Shown in pieces: positions 1 to 8,204 of a stretch of 64,000 bases of DNA. This DNA comes from Dehalococcoidia bacterium (GTDB taxonomy: Bacteria > Chloroflexota > Dehalococcoidia > Lucifugimonadales > G963668185). The stretch spans positions 852,754 to 916,753 of the forward strand of contig OY764162.1 in the NCBI GenBank assembly GCA_963668185.1. Direction: 5' to 3'. Position numbers and translations under genes: made by a program. How positions within the stretch are numbered: the first letter of the stretch is position 1; each line of letters starts with the position of its first letter. The notes under the pieces are model-generated. The model was not told the origin of the DNA. It did not search any database and saw only the letters and a list, made by a program, of their open reading frames with translations.

Positions 1-1689
1 TACGGCAGGAAGCTCGAAGCCGCCTTCACAGAGCCGAACGGCGAACTGCTGCGCAACGCCATAGACGGCATGTCCAATCCCGTTTACCAGCGTCTGCTGC
101 GCCTGCCGAAAGAGGCCGTGAGAGAGTGGCTTCCCAAGTCGAGCCGGTTCCCGAGGGACATGACTCGCCTGATCGACCGTTGGGACGACGACGAGTTGGT
201 CGATCTGCTGAGCAACCTCGGCGGCCACGACTTCTCGACGCTCAGGGAGGCGCTGTCGCGCGCCACCATCCGCACGGGGCCGCACGTCGTCTTCGCATAC
301 ACCCTGAAGGGCTGGAGGCTCCCCTCCGTTGGCGACCCTCAGAACCACTCCGTGATCCTCTCACGGGAGCAGATGAACAACCTCAGAGTCGGGCTCGGCA
401 TACCGGAACAGGAAGCGTGGTCTCGGCTCGAAGGCGAAGGGCCCGGCGCGGCACTGGTCAGGGAGACCGCGCGGCGGCTCGCTCCCGCCGAAACGCGGCC
501 CGACGTCCCCGCGATCGACGTGCCGGTCGAGCTGGGCTCCGGGTACCGCGGCCACATGTCCACTCAGCAGATCTTCGGCCTCATCCTCACGGAGATATCC
601 CGCTCCGTCCCGCAGGTCGCCGACCGCATCGCCACCGTGAGCCCGGACGTCGCCAGTTCCACCAACCTCGGCGGCTGGATCAACAAGGCCGGCATCTGGT
701 CCCGCACCGGCGGCGAGACCCTGCCCGAAGAAGACATCGTTCGCGCGCTCAAGTGGGACGAGTCCCCCAGCGGCCGCCACATGGCCCTGGGGATCTCGGA
801 GAACAACCTGTTCATGATGCTGGGCCAGTTGGGCCTGACCCACGAGATGGAGGACGAACTGCTCTTCCCTATCGGCACGCTGTACGACCCGTTCGTGCGG
901 CGCGGCTTGGACGCGTTCGTCTTCAGCGTGTACTCCGGTGCTCGCTTCATCGTCGTCGGCACCCCTTCCGGGATCACCCTCGCGCCCGAGGGCGGCGCAC
1001 ACCAGTCGCTGATCACGCCAAGCATCGGCGTGGAGATTCCCGAAGTCGCCTTCTACGACCTGTGCTTCGGACAGGAACTCGAGTGGGTCATGCTGTCCGC
1101 GCTGGAGAACGTTCGCAACAGGTCCCAGTGTTCGTACCTCCGGCTCACCAGCAGGCGGGTGGACCAGAGCATCATGAAGGTCCCCGCGGACGCCGCCGAG
1201 CGCGATGCGCTCCGCCGCCAGGTGTTGGCCGGGGCGCATCGCCTTGTGGACCGTAAAGGCAGCCCCGGCTACTCCCCCGGCGAAAACGTCGTGCACGTCA
1301 TGGCGTCCGGCGCGATCATCCCCGAGGCCGTCGAAGCAAGCAGGCTCCTGCTCGAAGAGGGCGTCTATGCGAACGTCGTCAGCGTTACCGGCCCCGGGCC
1401 CCTCTACCGGCGCTACCAGGCGTCAGTGAAGTCCGCGCATGGCATCCGGCGCGATCTCACCGGCTTCATGACGGACGTGATCCCTCTCGACGACAGCGCG
1501 CCCGTAGTCACAGTCGTCGACGGACATCCGCACTCGCTGGCATGGCTCGGCGCAGCGCTGAACGCGCCGTCGTACCCGCTCGGCGTCTCTGAGTACGGGC
1601 AGTCCGGCGGCCTACAGGACCTCTATCGAGAGTACGGCATAGACACGGACAGCATCATGAACGCCTGCTTCTGCGCCCTGGACTGCTGA
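1..1689 (+). CDS. Pyruvate dehydrogenase E1 component (homodimeric AceE type), C-terminal ~560 aa; the 5' end lies off the window
   Basis: Frame 1 is open from base 1, with no stop before the ATG at 70. The translation has an AceE-like 'DDELVDLLSNLGGHD' segment followed by transketolase-like pyrimidine-binding and C-terminal regions. Confidence 0.7.
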   Translation, partial: YGRKLEAAFTEPNGELLRNAIDGMSNPVYQRLLRLPKEAVREWLPKSSRFPRDMTRLIDRWDDDELVDLLSNLGGHDFSTLREALSRATIRTGPHVVFAYTLKGWRLPSVGDPQNHSVILSREQMNNLRVGLGIPEQEAWSRLEGEGPGAALVRETARRLAPAETRPDVPAIDVPVELGSGYRGHMSTQQIFGLILTEISRSVPQVADRIATVSPDVASSTNLGGWINKAGIWSRTGGETLPEEDIVRALKWDESPSGRHMALGISENNLFMMLGQLGLTHEMEDELLFPIGTLYDPFVRRGLDAFVFSVYSGARFIVVGTPSGITLAPEGGAHQSLITPSIGVEIPEVAFYDLCFGQELEWVMLSALENVRNRSQCSYLRLTSRRVDQSIMKVPADAAERDALRRQVLAGAHRLVDRKGSPGYSPGENVVHVMASGAIIPEAVEASRLLLEEGVYANVVSVTGPGPLYRRYQASVKSAHGIRRDLTGFMTDVIPLDDSAPVVTVVDGHPHSLAWLGAALNAPSYPLGVSEYGQSGGLQDLYREYGIDTDSIMNACFCALDC

Positions 1690-1726
1690 CCTCAAACAAC
1701 CCGCAAGGCCCGGTATCGACGCCCGC

Positions 1727-2455
1727 TCACCACAGCCCCGTCTCCATAGCCTCCGTATCCCGCTCAGGCCAGGCTTGGTGGAACGTCTCGAACGTAAACC
1801 CCGCCTCCTCCATTCGCTCCGCGACCTCAATCGCGTCCTGCTGCGATTGGTACAACCGCAACGCGCTTACCTTGACGCTCATGACCTCGTTGATGTCGAT
1901 CGTCAGAGTCGGCTCCGCCTCCGGGCCCTCCACGCCTAGCCCGAACCTCTCGGCAAGATCCTTCGGAATCGCCACGTAGAAGAGGCGCGGCGCACTCGCC
2001 GCCGTGACCCTGTACCGGTGGAACGCCCTCACGGCGGCCTCGTGCACTGCTATGTGGTCAACGTGCCCGGAGATCCCGTTCGGCCCCCACGTGATGACCG
2101 CGTCCGGCCTGGCCTCGCGCATCACCGCCAGCATACGGTCGGAGACCTCTTCCACGTCGGCCTGGTCAAGCTCCTGGTCCCGGTAGTCGAGCACGACCGG
2201 CTCCCGCGCTCCTATCAACCGCATGACGGCCCGCAACTCCGACTCCCGCACGGAAGGCAGCTCCTCCCGCGTGAAGCTCTTGCCGTCCTGGCCCAGCGTG
2301 CCGAGTTCCCCGCGCGTCGCCGTGATCACCTGCACCCGCGCCCCCCTCGACGCATACATCGCGAACGTGCCGCCGGACGTGGTCGTCTCATCGTCCGGAT
2401 GCGCGAAGATCCCCAGTATGCTCAACTCCGAGTCTTTGCCGTTCCCCAATTGCAC
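1727..2455 (-). CDS. PIG-L / LmbE family N-acetylglucosaminyl deacetylase
   Basis: '[17 protein letters not shown]' (AHPDDE motif). The ORF was trimmed to an in-frame GTG at 2455, because the longer ORF overlaps the divergent PPIase gene. Confidence 0.75.
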   Translation of the reverse strand: MQLGNGKDSELSILGIFAHPDDETTTSGGTFAMYASRGARVQVITATRGELGTLGQDGKSFTREELPSVRESELRAVMRLIGAREPVVLDYRDQELDQADVEEVSDRMLAVMREARPDAVITWGPNGISGHVDHIAVHEAAVRAFHRYRVTAASAPRLFYVAIPKDLAERFGLGVEGPEAEPTLTIDINEVMSVKVSALRLYQSQQDAIEVAERMEEAGFTFETFHQAWPERDTEAMETGLW

Positions 2456-2548
2456 CCCCTTAAAGAAGGATGCACATTCTATAATAGGCGGACGGTTGCG
2501 CCCGGATTGTGGCCCAGAGGCGGGCCGCGAAATTGGAAGTGTCGGAGG

Positions 2549-3322
2549 ATGAACTTGAGACCTGTGAAGAGAATTGGCGCGATGGGCCTGCTGCTGGCGC
2601 TCCCCATGCTCCTGCTCGTCGCCTGCGGCAGTGACGAAGGAACAGCGCCGGCGGAGACCGACGTCCCAGAGCAGGAGCAGGCCGCGCAAGAGACCCCGGA
2701 TCCCACTACGGAGCCGGCGGACACACCAGAACCTGAGGAAGAAGGAGAAAAAGTGTTGCAGTGGAGAGAACCCCCGAGCATGGAGATAGACACGTCAAAG
2801 GCTTACACCGCCGCGTTCAAGATGGAAAACGGCGCCGAGTTCGTAATCGAACTCTTTGCCGACAAGGCGCCCGTCACGGTGAACAACTTCGTCTTCCTGG
2901 CCCGCCAGGGCTACTACGACAGCATCACCTTCCACCGCGTCATACCCGGCTTCATGGCGCAGGCCGGAGACCCCACGGGGACCGGCGCGGGCGGCCCCGG
3001 ATACACCTTCGATAACGAGTTCCATCCGGACCTCTCGCACGATGGGCCGGGAATCCTCTCCATGGCCAACGCCGGGATTCGGAACGGGAGCGGCACCAAC
3101 GGCAGCCAGTTCTTCATCACATTCACCGCAACGCAGTACCTTGACGGCCTTAACCCGAACGGCACCCCCAAGGACTGCACCGTGAGGGGCGCCTCCTGCC
3201 ACTCGGTGTTCGGCAGGGTGATCGAGGGCATGGACGCGGTCCAGCAGATCTCGCCGCGAGACCCGCAGAGCGCGCGCGAGCCGGGCGACAGGATCGAGTC
3301 CGTGACGATCACCGAGCGTTAG
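2549..3322 (+). CDS. Cyclophilin-type peptidyl-prolyl cis-trans isomerase, lipoprotein
   Basis: Signal/lipobox '[11 protein letters not shown]'. Cyclophilin motifs '[25 protein letters not shown]' and 'NGSQFFITF'. Start taken at the ATG at 2549 inside the long ORF. Confidence 0.9.
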   Translation: MNLRPVKRIGAMGLLLALPMLLLVACGSDEGTAPAETDVPEQEQAAQETPDPTTEPADTPEPEEEGEKVLQWREPPSMEIDTSKAYTAAFKMENGAEFVIELFADKAPVTVNNFVFLARQGYYDSITFHRVIPGFMAQAGDPTGTGAGGPGYTFDNEFHPDLSHDGPGILSMANAGIRNGSGTNGSQFFITFTATQYLDGLNPNGTPKDCTVRGASCHSVFGRVIEGMDAVQQISPRDPQSAREPGDRIESVTITER

Positions 3323-3422
3323 CCCGCCGGGCGCAGTTTCCCATCAAGGTCGGCAGCGCAGAAGGGGCCGCCCGCTGGTCGGCGGTCGGCCCCTCTTCTA
3401 GCTCGGTTTCGGCGCGCGTACC

Positions 3423-5510
3423 CTAGTCCGCGCTGGCCTCCGCGAAGACCGGGCTCTCCGAAGTGATGTACGTGTAGAGCTTGCCGTGCGCGCCGATCCA
3501 GGACCGGTCTGCCACGTGCGCGCTGTCAACCAGGGGCTGGTTGTTCACGCGAAGCAGCGAGCCGCCGCCTCTCTGCACGATCTCCATGCCGGTGTTCGAG
3601 AACACGAAGTCCACGCCGTCGAACGCCGCCGCTCCGGTCTCCTCGCCGCCGATCTTGTCCCTTGAGAACAGCGCGAGCATGAACGGCCTCTTCAGTCTCC
3701 CAAAGTCCACGATCAACTCGTTGCGGTCATTGAACAGGCAGCCCTTGGGCTGGGTCCGGGTGGCCCAGTAGGCCAGTATCACCAGCATCGCGAGGACGAT
3801 CACGCCGCCCACCGCTATCCCGGCGATGATGAGCGCCGTCGCCCAGATCGGGAACTCGGCCCTTACGGCAGGCGTCTGCGGCGCGGGCGTCTCCGGCACC
3901 GTCGGATCGTCAAGCTGTAACACTACCGACCCTGTGCCGTGCGTGAAGCTCTGGCCCGCGTAGCCCGTCTCCAGCCAGAACACGAACCTGTGCTGGCCGT
4001 AGTCCGCCGGCGTCAGGAACACATCATAGATCCAGGTCGTGTTGTCCTTGAAGTCCACCTGCGGGACTATGTCGATCTGGCCCTTAGCCGCCGTCGGCCA
4101 CGTGGCGTCGATCGCGATCGCCTCAGGCGCCACAGGGTACGGCTCGTCCTGCACGTGAATCGATAGCGTTCCGACCTGCACTCGCTCGTCCTTGGCAAGC
4201 TCGACCGAGTCCGCCTGCTCGTATCGGAGCGTCGGGAACGCCTGCACCGCGAAGCTCGCGCTCGTGGAGATCGAGTGGTTGTACTCCGGCCACGCCATCG
4301 TCAGCGTCAGGTCGTAGTCCCCCATCTCGGTCAGCTCGGGAATCGTCGTCGAGTGGTAGCCGTCGTTGGCCCTGCGGTCACCGAGCTGGCCCTCGTCATT
4401 GAGCTGGTACATCCGCGAGGAGCCGTCCGGCCCCCTGACCATGCCGAACAGCGTCGTGCCTTCGACGATGGCGTGCTCGTTGTTGTCCAGCACGTGGGCC
4501 ACTACCAGGATCTTCTCGTTGACCGGCGCGTAGTCCCCGATGTCATGCCCAACCGTGTAGCGGTTCTCCGCGTTCTGCCAGAGCGAAGTCCGGCCTGTAA
4601 CCCCCACCGTCTCGATCAGCCACGGCCCCGGCTCCGGCTCGAACAGCCTCATAACCACGATGTGTGGAGACTCCACGACCAGGAAGGAGTCGCTGTCCGT
4701 CCTGGAAATCTCCAGTCCCGCGGGCGTCTCCACCCTCAGGTCGCCGGCGCTGTCCGACTCCTTGAACATGGTGACCGTCACGTGCTGCGTGCCTGGAACC
4801 ACCTTCAGCCTGGAGTTGAGCAGGTCGCCGGACCTGATCGTCGCGCCGGCCAGCTTGCTCATCGACCCTGCGGAGCCGATCTTCAGAATATGGTCGGCCA
4901 CGCCCTTGATTCCATCGTCGGAACCCAGGTGGAACATCTGGCCGTTGGATATCCCGGAAATCTGGGACAGGAACTCAAGCTCTCCAGCCGAAGAGCCGGG
5001 CAGCGCGATGGTGTGTATCGGCCATCCGCTTCCCTGGAATCGGCTCAACGCGGGGCTGATCCGGTCCGCGAGGTTTCCGTAGTCGTTGACACTGCCGCCG
5101 CCGGATAGGAAGTAGACCTCGGATCCGGAGTTGCCGATCTGCTGGCCAATGAAGTTGTGCACTTCGACCAGCGCCTCGAGATGTCCGCCGGGTTGCGGAA
5201 GCCCCCGGCTTCCAATCAAAGCTTGGACCGCGTCATTGGCGGCGGCATATTCCCACTGTGAGATCTCAACAGGGCCTATCACGTTGAGCGGCTCGTCCAT
5301 GGCGACGAACGCGTATCTCCTGTCGGGGTCCAGCGCGGAGGTAAGCGTGTGCACGGAGCGCGCGTAATCCACGCCCTCGTGCGCCGAGTGGATGGCTCCG
5401 CGGTCCACCAACACGACGGCCAGCGACTTTTCGTTGTCCGCTGCCAGCATCGCCGTGGGCACGGCAATCAGCGCAACAGCCGCAATCAAGACCAGAACTC
5501 TTCTCAGCAT
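3423..5510 (-). CDS. Single-pass membrane protein: large extracytoplasmic part (VWA-like, tentative), one TM helix, FHA-like cytoplasmic tail (tentative)
   Basis: 695-aa ORF. The ATG at 5510 is preceded by GGAG; the alternative ATG at 5558 has no obvious RBS. Signal-like 'MLRRVLVLIAAVALIAVPTAMLA' and TM helix 'ALIIAGIAVGGVIVLAMLVILAYW'. The C-terminal ~100 aa '...LLRVNNQPLV...WIGAHGKLYTY' resembles a degenerate FHA domain. Confidence 0.5.
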   Translation of the reverse strand: MLRRVLVLIAAVALIAVPTAMLAADNEKSLAVVLVDRGAIHSAHEGVDYARSVHTLTSALDPDRRYAFVAMDEPLNVIGPVEISQWEYAAANDAVQALIGSRGLPQPGGHLEALVEVHNFIGQQIGNSGSEVYFLSGGGSVNDYGNLADRISPALSRFQGSGWPIHTIALPGSSAGELEFLSQISGISNGQMFHLGSDDGIKGVADHILKIGSAGSMSKLAGATIRSGDLLNSRLKVVPGTQHVTVTMFKESDSAGDLRVETPAGLEISRTDSDSFLVVESPHIVVMRLFEPEPGPWLIETVGVTGRTSLWQNAENRYTVGHDIGDYAPVNEKILVVAHVLDNNEHAIVEGTTLFGMVRGPDGSSRMYQLNDEGQLGDRRANDGYHSTTIPELTEMGDYDLTLTMAWPEYNHSISTSASFAVQAFPTLRYEQADSVELAKDERVQVGTLSIHVQDEPYPVAPEAIAIDATWPTAAKGQIDIVPQVDFKDNTTWIYDVFLTPADYGQHRFVFWLETGYAGQSFTHGTGSVVLQLDDPTVPETPAPQTPAVRAEFPIWATALIIAGIAVGGVIVLAMLVILAYWATRTQPKGCLFNDRNELIVDFGRLKRPFMLALFSRDKIGGEETGAAAFDGVDFVFSNTGMEIVQRGGGSLLRVNNQPLVDSAHVADRSWIGAHGKLYTYITSESPVFAEASAD

Positions 5511-5674
5511 CGCAACATCTCCTGGACCGGCAACTACTACTTCCTGTTTCCTAGACATAACCTAGCCACTGTATAAGAAATAGGTCAACCTGAATTTAGG
5601 TCTCTTTGCGTGTGAAAAAAGGTAGGCAGGCCACGCGCCGGAGGCCCGGAATTCAGGTTTGCGCGGAGCGGCGG

Positions 5675-6202
5675 TTAGCCGCTGGCCAGGAAGTCGTCTC
5701 GACTGCGCTGGGATCGCCGGATCGCGATGGTCACGTACACGCCGCCGCCTATCAGCACGGCCACGAGGCCCGCCCAAAGCGCGGTGCCCAACCGGCCCGA
5801 GTTCGGCTGGTCCTCGGTCACGTCCAGCGTGAACTCGAACTCGCCGACGCCCTCGCCTTCCTTCGAGACGGTGACCTTCAGCGTCCACGTCCCCGTGTGC
5901 CTGATCAGCAGTTCCCCGTGGTAGTGCCTCGGCTCCTCCGGCCTGTTGATGGCGAAGGTGTGGTAGGCCTCCTCGTCCTCCGAACTGGTCGCGAGTATCT
6001 CCACCCGCGCGCCGTCCACCGGCTCGGAGTTCGCGGTGTAAACGGGCGTGACCTTGAAGTGGACAGTGCCGACCTTCGGCTCGGCCGGCTGCACGACCAC
6101 CGTCACCGTGAAAGGCCCGTCGCTGTCCTCCAGCGCCGTCACGCTGTCGTCTTCCGCGTACGCCGGCGCCGCCAGCAGCCACCAACACGCCGCAAGCAGC
6201 AT
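5675..6202 (-). CDS. Secreted/membrane-anchored FixH/YtkA-like Ig-fold protein
   Basis: Start at 'MLLAACWWLLAAPAYA' just after the upstream gene's stop. Beta-rich domain followed by C-terminal TM 'ALWAGLVAVLIGGGVYVTIAI'. Confidence 0.45.
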   Translation of the reverse strand: MLLAACWWLLAAPAYAEDDSVTALEDSDGPFTVTVVVQPAEPKVGTVHFKVTPVYTANSEPVDGARVEILATSSEDEEAYHTFAINRPEEPRHYHGELLIRHTGTWTLKVTVSKEGEGVGEFEFTLDVTEDQPNSGRLGTALWAGLVAVLIGGGVYVTIAIRRSQRSRDDFLASG

Positions 6203-6252
6203 CGCCGCGGCCGTCGCCGTCGCCAGGGATCGGCGGAAAAGGGAGCCGCGCG

Positions 6253-7224
6253 CTACGGCGATGGCAGCACCTCGTTCAGCGCCGACTCCAGTTCCTCTTC
6301 GTTCACGAAGCCCTCGAACTTGCCCGCCACGACGCCGTCCGCGCCGAGCACGAACGTGACCGGCTCCGTCGCCAGCCCCCACTCATCCATCACCGGGCTC
6401 AGCCGCCCGTTGCCCTGGTTCGTGAGCATCTCGTCCGGGTTCTCGTACACCTCAACATGTATGAAGTTCGCGCGCGGCGCGTACCTGTCCTTCAACTTGG
6501 CTATTATGTCCACCTGCGGCCCGCACGTCGCCGTCGAGCAGAACGCGGGAGTCGCAAACGATACTACCGTCGGCAGTCCGCTGCCAACCGCGTCCTCTAT
6601 CGACACCCTGTAAAGGTCCGGGTCAGGCGAAAGGGCGCTCGTCAGCTTGCCCAGTTCCCCCGCCGTGTCCAGCGTCCTGTTCATGCTCGGCGGGACCGTC
6701 TGCCCGATCCCTGGCGAAGAACTCTGCTCCTTGACCGTGACGCCCGTCTGGGCCAGCACCGACTTGCCGTCCTCGTCGGTAAACCGCCCCAGCATTCCCC
6801 AGGGGCCCGCCCGGTCGAACTCCACCAGCGCCGAGTACACGCCCGCGTGGCCCGTCGGCCACTTGCGGAAGACCGCCTCCGCCGTCCGCTCAGCCTGGTC
6901 CTCGCCGCTCAGCGGCAGGTACGCGACATCGATCTTCGACACCCGCACCGGCGCGCGATCCTCGTCGAACACCGCGAAAGCGAACCGGTTAGTCCCGACG
7001 GCTAGGTCGATCGTCACCGGCACGATCCGCAACGGCGCCTCGCCATCCTGTTCGCCCGCTTGGGACGTACCGGCAACCGTCGTCTGCGCAGACGCCGGCC
7101 CGCCCGTCGACGCTCCCCCGCAACCCGCGCCTACGCCGGCCAGGACAACCGCGGCCATGACCAGCGCCGCCGCCGCGCCGCGCAACTCGAAGAACGCCCT
7201 TACCAAGCGCTGCCTCCTCACCAT
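6253..7224 (-). CDS. Thioredoxin-fold (TlpA/redoxin-like) lipoprotein with an N-terminal Ig-like domain
   Basis: Lipobox 'LAGVGAGCGG'. C-terminal 'PTVVSFATPAFCSTATCGPQ...' with a Cys pair in a thioredoxin-like context. Start trimmed to 'MVRRQRL'. Confidence 0.5.
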   Translation of the reverse strand: MVRRQRLVRAFFELRGAAAALVMAAVVLAGVGAGCGGASTGGPASAQTTVAGTSQAGEQDGEAPLRIVPVTIDLAVGTNRFAFAVFDEDRAPVRVSKIDVAYLPLSGEDQAERTAEAVFRKWPTGHAGVYSALVEFDRAGPWGMLGRFTDEDGKSVLAQTGVTVKEQSSSPGIGQTVPPSMNRTLDTAGELGKLTSALSPDPDLYRVSIEDAVGSGLPTVVSFATPAFCSTATCGPQVDIIAKLKDRYAPRANFIHVEVYENPDEMLTNQGNGRLSPVMDEWGLATEPVTFVLGADGVVAGKFEGFVNEEELESALNEVLPSP

Positions 7225-7405
7225 TGCTGCCCATATCCTACATGAGCGCGAACGAAACAGGGTGCGCGGTCGCGCCAACGGCACCGATGACATTCCCCAT
7301 CCTGACAATCAGACGCGCTCTAACCTGACAATTGGCCGTATCGTAATCTGACAATCAGCGCCCTGGACAAGAATCGTCGAAGAGCAGCCACGGCATAGCC
7401 GCCGT

Positions 7406-7435
7406 TTGACAAGACGGCGGTGTTAGTCATACCAT
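7406..7435 (+). promoter_or_regulatory. Possible sigma70-type promoter of the vapBC operon
   Basis: TTGACA at 7406-7411, ~18 nt spacer, then TACCAT-like -10, about 30 nt upstream of the antitoxin start. Confidence 0.3.
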
Positions 7436-7464
7436 TAGCTAAGTTTAACGTAGAAAGGCCTGCG

Positions 7465-7710
7465 ATGGTAACGGTAAACGTCCACGAAGCGAAGACCCAC
7501 CTGTCGCGCCTGCTGAAGCGTGTCGAGGAAGGCGAAGAGGTCATCATCGCCCGGAACGGCAGTCCGGTGGCGCGGCTGGCGCGAGTGGAGCCTGAAGGCA
7601 AGCGGCAATTCGGCGCTTTGAAAGGCAACAAGATGTGGGAGGAGTTGAGCGACATCATCTCCGAGCCTCTGCCGCCGGAGGAGTTGGCCTTGTGGGAAGG
7701 CGGCCCCTAG
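7465..7710 (+). CDS. Phd/YefM-type antitoxin (VapB-like)
   Basis: 'MVTVNVHEAKTHLSRLLKRVEEGEEVIIARNGSPVARL' is a classic Phd/YefM N-terminus. The stop abuts the PIN gene start. Confidence 0.85.
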   Translation: MVTVNVHEAKTHLSRLLKRVEEGEEVIIARNGSPVARLARVEPEGKRQFGALKGNKMWEELSDIISEPLPPEELALWEGGP

Positions 7711-8097
7711 TTGCGGCTGCTGCTCGACACCCATGCCTTCATCTGGTGGGTGAACGGGAGCGAACGCTTGCCGGGGCGCATCCGCCGCGTCATCGACGAC
7801 GGCGCAAACGTTGTATTCGTAAGCGCGGCCTCGGCATGGGAGATAACCACCAAGTACCGCCGGGGCAGGCTGGAAGAAGCCATGCGGATAGCCTCGGACG
7901 TCGCCGGCGTCATCGCTGTCCAGAGTTTCAAGGAGTTGTCCATAACGGTCGACGACGCCGCGCGAGCGGGCGCGCTTCCGGGCCCGCTCCGCGACCCCTT
8001 CGACCGGATGCTCATAGCCCAGGCGCTGTCGCGCGACCTGGTCCTCATCTCGAGCGAGTCCTCCTTCGATCAGTACCGCGTTCGCCGCTTGTGGTGA
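7711..8097 (+). CDS. vapC: PIN-domain toxin VapC
   Basis: 'LLLDTHAFIWW...' with an acidic PIN signature. The TTG start sits directly after the antitoxin TAG. Confidence 0.85.
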   Translation: MRLLLDTHAFIWWVNGSERLPGRIRRVIDDGANVVFVSAASAWEITTKYRRGRLEEAMRIASDVAGVIAVQSFKELSITVDDAARAGALPGPLRDPFDRMLIAQALSRDLVLISSESSFDQYRVRRLW

Positions 8098-8204
8098 GCA
8101 GCCGCCGTACCCGTCCGCCGCCTCCTGCAAGGCCGGCCGGTTGGCGCTCTAGATGGCAGCCATCCAGGGTGTCCGACTTCCCTTTCTAGCAGTAACATAG
8201 ACAA

